Below are positions 15,860 to 23,769 of a stretch of DNA of 64,000 bases, one piece after another. The notes under the pieces were generated by a model. The model had not been told where the DNA came from. It saw only the letters and a program-made list of their open reading frames with translations, and made no database searches. The stretch covers positions 82,535-146,534 of the forward strand of contig JBMNNW010000001.1 in the NCBI GenBank assembly GCA_050942735.1. Direction: 5' to 3'. Position numbers and translations under genes: made by a program. Source of the DNA: Armatimonadota bacterium (lineage in GTDB: Bacteria > Armatimonadota > Zipacnadia > Zipacnadales > UBA5352). Position 1 is the first letter of the stretch, and every line of letters begins with the position of its first letter.

Positions 15860-18853
15860 ATGCGCGCTCAGGTGCTCACCCTCGCGCTCATCGTCGCGTG
15901 TACATCATTCGCCCTCGCCGCCGACCCCGTGCCGGTGGCGCTCTGCCCGCAGGTGACAGAAGCCCCGGTCATCGACGGGACTCTCGATGACGCCGCCTGG
16001 GAGGCGGCCGAGGCGTTGCGCCCCTTCGGACGCTACGATGGCAGCGGCGCCGCCGCGGAGCAGACTGAGGCGCTTCTCTGCTCGGACGGTGAGACGCTCT
16101 TCATCGCCTGCGTGCTGCATGAGAGCGCGATGGACCGCCTCGCCGTCGAGCCGACCGAGCACAATGCCTCGGCGATCTTCCGGCAGGACGTGGTGGAGCT
16201 TTTCATCCGACCGGACCTCGCCCAGGAGCAGTACTTCCACCTTGCCGCGAGCGCTGCCGGCTCTCGCTATGAGGCGATCGCGACGGGCGGCGCGCAGGAC
16301 TGGAACCCTCGCTGGGAGGTGGCGACGGCGCACGCCGACGACCACTGGACGCTGGAGGTGGCGATCCCGCTGGCCGAGGTCGGGCTTGCCGGCGCGGAGG
16401 CGGGGGATGTGATCGGGCTAAACATCTGCCGCCAGCAGAAGCCGCGTGACGAGTTGAGCGCGTGGTCGCCGACGCTGGGGCCCTTTCACAACGCATCGCG
16501 CTTCGGCGAGGTCGTGTTCTTCAGCATCCAGCCGCTGGCCGATGCGCGTGTCGCTGCCGCCGAGGATGCCATCGCGTCGGCCCGGGCCGTCGATGAGACT
16601 GCAGCGGAGCAGTTCGCCGTGCGCCTGGCGCAGCTTCGCGAGCGTCTCGCCGGTGATGTGGACGGCTCCACGTGGGCCGTGGCGCGCGATGAACTGACCG
16701 GGCTGCGCGAGGACGCCGAGCGCACTGCGCTCGCCGGCCGCGAGGCGATCGTCTGGCGGGTCAACCCGTGGCGGCTGCCCGCGCACACCGAGCTGCCAGG
16801 GCGGGAGGTGGACGAGGTTGAGCAGATCACCGTGCGGTTGCTGCAGGAGGAGTACGAGTCGGTGGCAATCGGGATCGCCAACCCCGGCGAGGCCTCGCTG
16901 GCCTACCATGTGAGCGCGACGGATCTGCTGCGCCTGGAGGCGGACGAGGAGCTTCCGCTCGACGGGCGGATTGAGTTGCGAGAGGCCGTCTCGATGAAGA
17001 CGCGCACCGGGGGGATGGTGCGCGATGCGCTGCCGGAGCTTGGGCCGGCGTCGCGGCTGGTGGTTCCGGGCGGGCAGAACGCTGTGCTCTGGCTGACGGT
17101 GCACGCGCGCGACCTCGCTCCCGGCCGCTATCTCGCGGGGATCGACCTGCTGCCGCTGGTCGGGGAGCAGCGGCGGAGCGTGCGGCTGAGCATCCTCGTG
17201 CATCCGGCGCGGATGACGAAGGACGGCCCGCCGTGGCTCAACACCTGGGCGTATCTGCAGCGGGCCGAGGAGCGCGGCTGGGCGGACAAAGCCGCCGCGG
17301 ACCTCGCGGCGCATTACTGCAACATCCACCTCATCCAGCACAACGACATCCCGTGGCCCACGGTCGATGCCGACGGCAACCTGATTGAGCCGCTGGAGAC
17401 CACCGCGATGGACGCGCGGATCGAACTGCTTCCCGACGGCTTCTACCTGCTGGCGCTCTCGCTGCACTGGCACGAGGACCTTGACACCGACCTCGAGCCG
17501 TGGACGCCGGAGCACCGCCGGGCGCTCGGGCAGTGGGCGATCGCGGTGCGCGATCACCTCGCCGAGCTTGGGATCGACCGCGACCGCTTCGCATGGTACC
17601 CCCGCGACGAACCTTCCACGGACGAGCAGGCGCGGCTGGTGCGCAACTTTGCCGAGGCGCTGCATGAGGCCGATCCGGAGATGGCGGTCTTCGCGAATCC
17701 CTTCAGCCGGACGACCTTCGAGCAGATCGAGGTCATGGGTGATGAGATCGACATCTGGTGCCCCAACCTCAGCGGTCTCGACGACGATGAGATTGAGTTC
17801 ATGCGCGCCACCGGCGACCGGCTGTGGAGCTACCGCGTGCTGAGTCGGCTGAGCAACCCCTACGGCGGCTACCGCGCGCCGTGGTGGCAGGTGCGCCAGC
17901 TTGGGATGACCGCATACGGCTACTGGGCGTATGACAGCGTTGATGGCAGCGTGTGGGATGATTCGGACGGGCGGACCTCGGACTACGCGGTGTACTACGA
18001 GGGCGTGGACGGGCCGATCACGAGCGTCAGGTGGGAGGCCTCGCGCGAGGGCGCGGAGGACTATCGCTACCTGCAGATGCTCGATGAGCTGATCGCCGAG
18101 GCACGCGCCGCCGGACAGCCCGGCGCCGCCGACGCAGCGCAGGCGGTCGTTGACAGCGCGATGGCGACGGTCCTTGAGGATCAGTCGGACCGCTCACTCG
18201 CCGACGCGGAGCGCGCACAGTTGCTGGTAGCGATGATGGACGCGCTCGTGGCGCTCGGGAGGGTGGAGCAGGGCATGCTCGAAGCGCTGGACGGGCCGCT
18301 GCCGGTCTGCGTCACCGGCAACGCCGGGCCGCGCTTCCGCAACGTGGACACCGGCGGATGGTACACGTACTCGACCTTCCCCACGCACGAGTGGAATGAG
18401 CAGAGCGGCGTGACCGAGGGTCGGGTGTGGTTCCGCGGCGAGGATGCCACCGAAGGGCCACAGACGGAGAATCGCATCGGCGGCGACCTCGTTGACGGAA
18501 GCTGGTTCTACCGTCAGCAGTATGTGAACCTGTGGATCTGGAGCCCGCACACTGTCGAGGTCACGTTCGACCTGCAGCAGAGCTGGGACCTGACGCGGGT
18601 GGACCTCTTCGCGCACGGCCAGGAGGATGAGAGCCGGCGCATCGCCTCCGCCGAGGTGCTGGTGAGTGAGACCGGCGAGGAGGGCAGCTTCGTGCCGGTG
18701 GGGGAGATCGCGGACGCCCCGGCGGCGACGCTCGGCGCGGAGGGGCAGTATCAGATCGACTTTGACGCCACCGGTCGCTACGTGAAGGTGGTCGTCAGCA
18801 AGCGCGGGCAGAGCATGGTCATCGGCGAGGTGCGCATCTGGGCGGAGGAGTAG
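15860..18853 (+). CDS. Large secreted protein (about 1000 aa): signal peptide, CBM9/DOMON-like N-terminal module, central hydrolase-like region, C-terminal F5/8 type C (discoidin) domain; paralogous architecture to 4003..7902
   Basis: ATG 15860 with GGAGGA RBS; MRAQVLTLALIVACTSFALA signal; VTEAPVIDGTLDDAAWEAAEAL CBM9 hallmark; C-terminal ...YVKVVVSKRGQSMVIGEVRIWAEE discoidin-like. Confidence 0.8.
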   Translation: MRAQVLTLALIVACTSFALAADPVPVALCPQVTEAPVIDGTLDDAAWEAAEALRPFGRYDGSGAAAEQTEALLCSDGETLFIACVLHESAMDRLAVEPTEHNASAIFRQDVVELFIRPDLAQEQYFHLAASAAGSRYEAIATGGAQDWNPRWEVATAHADDHWTLEVAIPLAEVGLAGAEAGDVIGLNICRQQKPRDELSAWSPTLGPFHNASRFGEVVFFSIQPLADARVAAAEDAIASARAVDETAAEQFAVRLAQLRERLAGDVDGSTWAVARDELTGLREDAERTALAGREAIVWRVNPWRLPAHTELPGREVDEVEQITVRLLQEEYESVAIGIANPGEASLAYHVSATDLLRLEADEELPLDGRIELREAVSMKTRTGGMVRDALPELGPASRLVVPGGQNAVLWLTVHARDLAPGRYLAGIDLLPLVGEQRRSVRLSILVHPARMTKDGPPWLNTWAYLQRAEERGWADKAAADLAAHYCNIHLIQHNDIPWPTVDADGNLIEPLETTAMDARIELLPDGFYLLALSLHWHEDLDTDLEPWTPEHRRALGQWAIAVRDHLAELGIDRDRFAWYPRDEPSTDEQARLVRNFAEALHEADPEMAVFANPFSRTTFEQIEVMGDEIDIWCPNLSGLDDDEIEFMRATGDRLWSYRVLSRLSNPYGGYRAPWWQVRQLGMTAYGYWAYDSVDGSVWDDSDGRTSDYAVYYEGVDGPITSVRWEASREGAEDYRYLQMLDELIAEARAAGQPGAADAAQAVVDSAMATVLEDQSDRSLADAERAQLLVAMMDALVALGRVEQGMLEALDGPLPVCVTGNAGPRFRNVDTGGWYTYSTFPTHEWNEQSGVTEGRVWFRGEDATEGPQTENRIGGDLVDGSWFYRQQYVNLWIWSPHTVEVTFDLQQSWDLTRVDLFAHGQEDESRRIASAEVLVSETGEEGSFVPVGEIADAPAATLGAEGQYQIDFDATGRYVKVVVSKRGQSMVIGEVRIWAEE

Positions 18854-18861
18854 CCGGCGCG

Positions 18862-18892
18862 AGGGCGGCGCCCGGAGGCGGATCCCCCGGGC
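18862..18892. terminator. GC-rich inverted repeat between convergent genes (bidirectional terminator candidate)
   Basis: ggcgcccgg-N11-ccgggcgcc inverted repeat located between the stop at 18853 (+) and the stop at 18907 (-). Confidence 0.35.
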
Positions 18893-18906
18893 GCCGCGCG
18901 CCGCGC

Positions 18907-21708
18907 TCAGAACACCCCCGCGACGTCGGAGCTGATGTCACCGGCGATGATCGGCAGACTCCGGGTGACGAAGCGCCGCACCTCGCCGTCCTGAGTGCAT
19001 TCACCCACGACAGTGAGGCGGTGAAGCCCCTCGGTGGGCGTGAAGCGCACTGACACCGGGGCGTCGCCCGTCCCCGGCGCGTCCGCCAGTTCCTGCACGG
19101 TCCGGCCCGTCGCATCCTGCAGCACGATCCGCCCCGTCACATCGCTGAAGTCGCGTCCCTCGATGTCCTCGCCTCGCGCCACGGTCGCGCTCACCTGCGC
19201 TCCGGGCTCGACGTGCAGACCGAACGCCCGGTCTCGGGTCAACTCGCCGTCGAGCGCGAACTCGAAGCGCGGCGCGTTGTGCGGATGCACCGCCTTCCCG
19301 GCCAGCAGCGCCCGGCCGAGCGCGGGCACGATGTTCCGCGCCTGTTCGAATGCGTAATTGAAGACGATGAAGCCGTCGGCGCCGAGGTTCCGGGCGATCT
19401 GCGCCTGCCCCGCCACGCGATCGGCGGAGAGCGAGGAGTTCGACGCGGATGCACCGATGCCGGGGTAGAGCGGAACGCGGCCGGCAACCTGCCCGACCTG
19501 CCGCGAGACGGTCGTGGCGAAGGTGCCGTCGAAGTTCGTGTAGTTCATCGGACAGACGAAGTCCAGCCAGCCCTGCTCGATCCAGTGCACCCAGTCCTGG
19601 CCGATGCTCGCGCGGGTCTCAGGGTAGCTGCTGAAGACGGCCGCGGAGATCTTCACATGCGGCTTGATCGCTCGGACCTCGCGCGCGGTCGCCTCCACCA
19701 GCGCCGAGATCTGATCGCAGCGCCACTGCGTCCACGCGTCCCTCAGTTCATCGGTCCGCAGATCGGCGGGCCAGTCCTCGACGGTGATCCCGGTGTCGCG
19801 CTCGAAGCGCTCGTGGCAGCCGTCGCAGTAGCAGCCGTCCTGGCCGGGGTAGCGGATGTAGTCGAAGTGCACGCCATCCACATCGTAGTTGCGCGCGACC
19901 TCCACCATAGTGTTGAGTTCAAGCTCGAGGTTGCGCGGATCGGACGGGCACAGCCACTCCGTCTCCTCCCCCGAGAAAGATCGCTGCAGCCGGCCCTCCT
20001 CGCTCATCCGCCGGACGAACTCCTGCGGCGCTCTGCTGCCCATCCGCCAGTTGACCTTCCACACATGCACCTCGATCCCATGACGCTTCGCCGCCTCCAC
20101 GCACTCGGCGATCTGATCGCCGCGCTCAGCCACGACCGGGTGATGCGGGAGGTATTCGCTCTCATAGAGAGCGACGCCGCCCCACAGCATGTTCGGGACC
20201 ACGGCGTTGAAGCCGTTCTCGGCGAGGTTCTGCATCGACTCCTCCCAGGTATCGAACGCGCCGGTGCCGGAGTGCTCCCACCAGGCTCGGAACTCAGCGT
20301 CGCGTGGCAGATGTGCGAGCATGTACGCGTCCTGCAGCCGGCTCCAGGCATCGGTGGCGGTGTCTACCGCACGCGCGTACTGCCCTGCCTCGGTCGCCGC
20401 TCCCGCGTCGGCCAGCATCGCGCGGTGTTCGGCCATCAGTCGCCCGACGGCGGCCGGATCGGGGGCATTGTCGGCGTGCTGCTCGATCCACGCGACAGCC
20501 TCCTCGATCCCCCGGATGTGCCCGACCTGCGCGGGACCCTCGAGCGCGCGCTGTGCGACCTGCGGCCAGATCTCCGGCACGTGGCGGCCGAGCATCGAGA
20601 CGAGCATCCGCTGCTTGGAGAGGCGGTCGCTCCCCGTCAGCACATGTGACATCCACACTCCGGCGTCGGTGGCGATGAAGGCGGGCAGGCCGGTGTTCTC
20701 ACCGTTGGCGTCGTGCCACCATGCGATCACCTCGCCGTCGTCGGTAGGCTCCGCGACCGTCAGCATCCACGAGGTCTGCGTGACGCTCCGAGGCATGCCG
20801 TCGAAGTCGTCAAGGTCCTCGAAGCGGATCTCGCTGAGCTGCCCGTCGTACTCCGCCCGCTGTGAGCCCAGCCTTCGCACGCCGAGCACCTCGCCGAGGT
20901 CACCGGGAAGCTGATAGAAGACCATCACGCGCCCGCCGGATTCGACGTACTCGCGGATCGCCTCCACCTCCTCGGCGGTCATGTCCGGGTTGTACGCGAA
21001 GATCGCGAAGTCGTAGTCCGCGAGCGCGCCCTGCTCGACATCCTCGTCACCGATGGTGGAGGTTCTGACGCCCGCGTCCGCAAGCAGCCCGGCTACGGTC
21101 GCGGCGACCGACTGCACGGTGCGCGCCTCGCTTCCCTGACGGGTGATTGTGTGTGTCCCGAGGACGATGGCGAAGGGTTCGCGGTACGCCATGAGGTTGT
21201 CCACTGCCATGAAGCCGACCTGATCGGAGCCGCGCCACGCCGAGAGGCGGACCCCGTCGATCTGCTGCCAGCCCGCCGGGGTGCCCTCGGCCCTGAAGTC
21301 CGCGCGCGACAGTTCCACGGTGTTCCAGCCCTGGCGGCCGATCCCCGTGCCGGCTCCGAACCAGCCGTCGCCGGAGCGGAAGTAGAGCGTGAAGCTGCGG
21401 AAGAGGCCCGGCTGGTCGATGTACATATCGAAGCTGAAGCGCCCCCAGCGGCTCAGATCGAGGTCAAGGTCCCGGTCGTAGACGGCGCGCCGGGAGTCCT
21501 CGCGCGTGAAGTCCGCGCTCAGGCGAACGGCGGTGCCGCCATCGTGCTCAAAGACTCCGACGGGCTCGCTGCTCTCATCGGGCCGCCATGCCTCGCGCGC
21601 GGCCTCGACGGAGGGATATTCGAAGTCATCGATCAGGAGCTCATCGGCCGCGAATGCGAACGCCGTCATCAGCATGAGCGTCACAACGAATGCCGTCATG
21701 CGGGTCAT
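18907..21708 (-). CDS. Glycoside hydrolase-like family 10 (GHL10, YngK-like) secreted protein with N-terminal accessory domains
   Basis: Start at ATG 21708 (MTRMTAFVVTLMLMTAFAFA signal); VDGVHFDYIRYPGQDGCYCDGCHERFERDTGI block characteristic of GHL10; large size. Confidence 0.85.
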   Translation of the reverse strand: MTRMTAFVVTLMLMTAFAFAADELLIDDFEYPSVEAAREAWRPDESSEPVGVFEHDGGTAVRLSADFTREDSRRAVYDRDLDLDLSRWGRFSFDMYIDQPGLFRSFTLYFRSGDGWFGAGTGIGRQGWNTVELSRADFRAEGTPAGWQQIDGVRLSAWRGSDQVGFMAVDNLMAYREPFAIVLGTHTITRQGSEARTVQSVAATVAGLLADAGVRTSTIGDEDVEQGALADYDFAIFAYNPDMTAEEVEAIREYVESGGRVMVFYQLPGDLGEVLGVRRLGSQRAEYDGQLSEIRFEDLDDFDGMPRSVTQTSWMLTVAEPTDDGEVIAWWHDANGENTGLPAFIATDAGVWMSHVLTGSDRLSKQRMLVSMLGRHVPEIWPQVAQRALEGPAQVGHIRGIEEAVAWIEQHADNAPDPAAVGRLMAEHRAMLADAGAATEAGQYARAVDTATDAWSRLQDAYMLAHLPRDAEFRAWWEHSGTGAFDTWEESMQNLAENGFNAVVPNMLWGGVALYESEYLPHHPVVAERGDQIAECVEAAKRHGIEVHVWKVNWRMGSRAPQEFVRRMSEEGRLQRSFSGEETEWLCPSDPRNLELELNTMVEVARNYDVDGVHFDYIRYPGQDGCYCDGCHERFERDTGITVEDWPADLRTDELRDAWTQWRCDQISALVEATAREVRAIKPHVKISAAVFSSYPETRASIGQDWVHWIEQGWLDFVCPMNYTNFDGTFATTVSRQVGQVAGRVPLYPGIGASASNSSLSADRVAGQAQIARNLGADGFIVFNYAFEQARNIVPALGRALLAGKAVHPHNAPRFEFALDGELTRDRAFGLHVEPGAQVSATVARGEDIEGRDFSDVTGRIVLQDATGRTVQELADAPGTGDAPVSVRFTPTEGLHRLTVVGECTQDGEVRRFVTRSLPIIAGDISSDVAGVF

Positions 21709-21835
21709 CTCAGTGGCCTCCCCTGTCTTACGAATGACCGGCCTGATGCCTTTCTTCGACGAGGGCCACGATACCTGCCGGGAGGCCCCGGGGTGCCGGC
21801 TGTCGAAGGCGTGTACGAACGAGGAAGGAGAGACC

Positions 21836-22945
21836 ATGAGGTTATTGATGGCAGGTGTGCTGGCAGTGATCTGCACCGCGCCTCTCAGCGCCGCCGAGGT
21901 GACGGCGGCGAGTCCGTCGATCGAGGACATCCAGGCGGCGGTTGACTCGCTCGACGGGCCCGGAACCGTCTACGTCCCGGCGGGCGAGGCGGAGGCCGTC
22001 GGGACCCTGACCCTCCCGCCGGGAACGCGCCTGATCGGCGCGGGGATGGACAGGACGAAGCTTTTCCGCGGCCCGCTGACGGACATCAATGCCGGCGGCG
22101 CGATGATCCGCGTTGAGGGGCCCGGTCCCGAGGGGACGCAGATATCGGGCTTCAACCTTGTCGGCGTCCTCGATCCGGACTCAAGGGGCGGCGACAACGG
22201 CATCATGCTGCGCAATCTGCGCGGGTTCCGCGTCGATCACTGTCGCTTCGAGCGCTTCGGGAGCGCAGGCGTCCACGTACGGGGTGGAGAAGCGGGCGTG
22301 ATCGACCACTGCCTGATGGTTGACGTCTTTAAGCCCGCGATCAATAACCTCGGCTACGGCGTGGTGGCGATGGGCAACAACGAGTGGCGCGACGACCTGC
22401 AGCCGGGCGGCCCGGACGCGGTCTTTATCGAGGACTGTGAGCTGATCGGCTCCCGTCACGCGGTGGCCTCCAACGCCGGCGCGGTCTACGTCTTCCGGCA
22501 CAACCACGTGCATCAGAACGCGAAGACGCAGGCGATCGACGCGCACGGGCCCGGCTACGGCTCCCCGCGAGGCACGCAGTGGGTGGAGATCTACGAGAAC
22601 CTCGTCGAGAACCCGCGGCAGGACGCCCCCGCGATGATGCTCCGGGGAGGCGGCGGCGTTGTCTTCAACAACACGATCCGCGACCACTCCCGGGGCATCG
22701 GCCTCACGCTGGACTTCGACTCGCGCATCGACTGGAGCCAGCCCTACCCGATCGCCGACCAGGTGCATGATTACTGGGTCTGGGGCAACACGCTCGATGG
22801 AGAGCCGGTGGATCCCTACGTCCCCAGCCGCTCCGCCGAGCATATCAAGATCGGCCGCGACTACCATCTCGAGCCGAAGCCGGGCTACGAGCCCTACGTC
22901 TACCCGCACCCGCTCGTCGGTGGCGGGCCCTTCGACGAGCAGTAA
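21836..22945 (+). CDS. Secreted right-handed parallel beta-helix (pectate-lyase-like) repeat protein
   Basis: ATG 21836 with GAGGAAGGAG RBS; signal MRLLMAGVLAVICTAPLSAA; repeated G-x-hydrophobic beta-helix rungs (GIMLRNLRGFRVDHCRFERFGSAGVHVRGG..., GSRHAVASNAGAVYVFRHNHVH). Confidence 0.8.
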   Translation: MRLLMAGVLAVICTAPLSAAEVTAASPSIEDIQAAVDSLDGPGTVYVPAGEAEAVGTLTLPPGTRLIGAGMDRTKLFRGPLTDINAGGAMIRVEGPGPEGTQISGFNLVGVLDPDSRGGDNGIMLRNLRGFRVDHCRFERFGSAGVHVRGGEAGVIDHCLMVDVFKPAINNLGYGVVAMGNNEWRDDLQPGGPDAVFIEDCELIGSRHAVASNAGAVYVFRHNHVHQNAKTQAIDAHGPGYGSPRGTQWVEIYENLVENPRQDAPAMMLRGGGGVVFNNTIRDHSRGIGLTLDFDSRIDWSQPYPIADQVHDYWVWGNTLDGEPVDPYVPSRSAEHIKIGRDYHLEPKPGYEPYVYPHPLVGGGPFDEQ

Positions 22946-22974
22946 GACCTGCCGCCGTGCATGGAGGTGCCGAG

Positions 22975-23745
22975 ATGCCGCGCGCCATCTGGACCGGCGC
23001 AATCACCTTCGGGCTGGTGCATGTGCCCGTGCGACTTGTCACGGCCGTGCAGGACACCAGCCCGAGCTTCAACCTGATTGATCCCGAAACCGGCAGTCGG
23101 ATCCACTACCTGACAGTAAACGATCAGGGAGATGAGGTCGAACGCAGTGATCTGGTGAAGGGCTACGAGGTCGAGTCAGGCGAGTACGTCGTCGTCGAGC
23201 CCGAGGAGCTTGAGCAGCTCGCTCCGGAGAAGGCCGAGGCCATCGAGATCGAGGACTTCGTGGACATCGCGGAGATCGATCCGATCTACTACGACAAACC
23301 TTACTACCTGCTGCCCGATGAGAGCGCGAAGAAGCCTTATAAGCTGCTGCTCGCGGCGATGGAGAAAGCGGGGAGGGTCGGGATCGCGAAGTTCGTCATG
23401 CACGGGCGCGAGCATCTCACCGCCGTCCGGCCGCTGCACGGGATGCTCTGTCTCGTGCTCATGCGCTTTGCCGACGAGATCCGACCGACGGAGGAACTGG
23501 GGCTCGATCTCGACGATGTGGCGGTGAAGAACGATGAGCTTGAGATCGCGACCAGGCTCATCGAGGCGATGACCGAGGAGTTCCATCCGGAGGACTTCAC
23601 CAACGAGTACGAGCAGCGCGTGCGCGAGTTGCTCAGGGCGAAGGCCGAGGGCGAGGAGTTCGTCATCCCCGAACGCAGGGCCGAGGAAGTCGAGGCCGAG
23701 AGCCTCGTGGAGGCGCTGAAGAAGTCACTCGAGGCGATGAAGTGA
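22975..23745 (+). CDS. ku: Ku protein (non-homologous end joining DNA end-binding protein)
   Basis: MPRAIWTGAITFGLVHVPVRL... classic bacterial Ku N-terminus; about 256 aa with acidic/Lys-rich C-terminal tail. Confidence 0.95.
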   Translation: MPRAIWTGAITFGLVHVPVRLVTAVQDTSPSFNLIDPETGSRIHYLTVNDQGDEVERSDLVKGYEVESGEYVVVEPEELEQLAPEKAEAIEIEDFVDIAEIDPIYYDKPYYLLPDESAKKPYKLLLAAMEKAGRVGIAKFVMHGREHLTAVRPLHGMLCLVLMRFADEIRPTEELGLDLDDVAVKNDELEIATRLIEAMTEEFHPEDFTNEYEQRVRELLRAKAEGEEFVIPERRAEEVEAESLVEALKKSLEAMK

Positions 23746-23769
23746 CGGCGGCGACGACGAACGACACCC

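Noticed and set aside
14374-15861. 495-aa minus-strand ORF antisense to the amidohydrolase gene; also 13011..13910 antisense to sulfatase-like gene
   Set aside because: Same high-GC antisense artefact; no motifs; + genes are supported by RBSs and family signatures.
16418-17665. 415-aa minus-strand ORF inside the second giant gene
   Set aside because: Antisense artefact.
19213-20649. 478-aa + strand ORF antisense to GHL10 gene
   Set aside because: Antisense artefact; GHL10 signature is on the minus strand.
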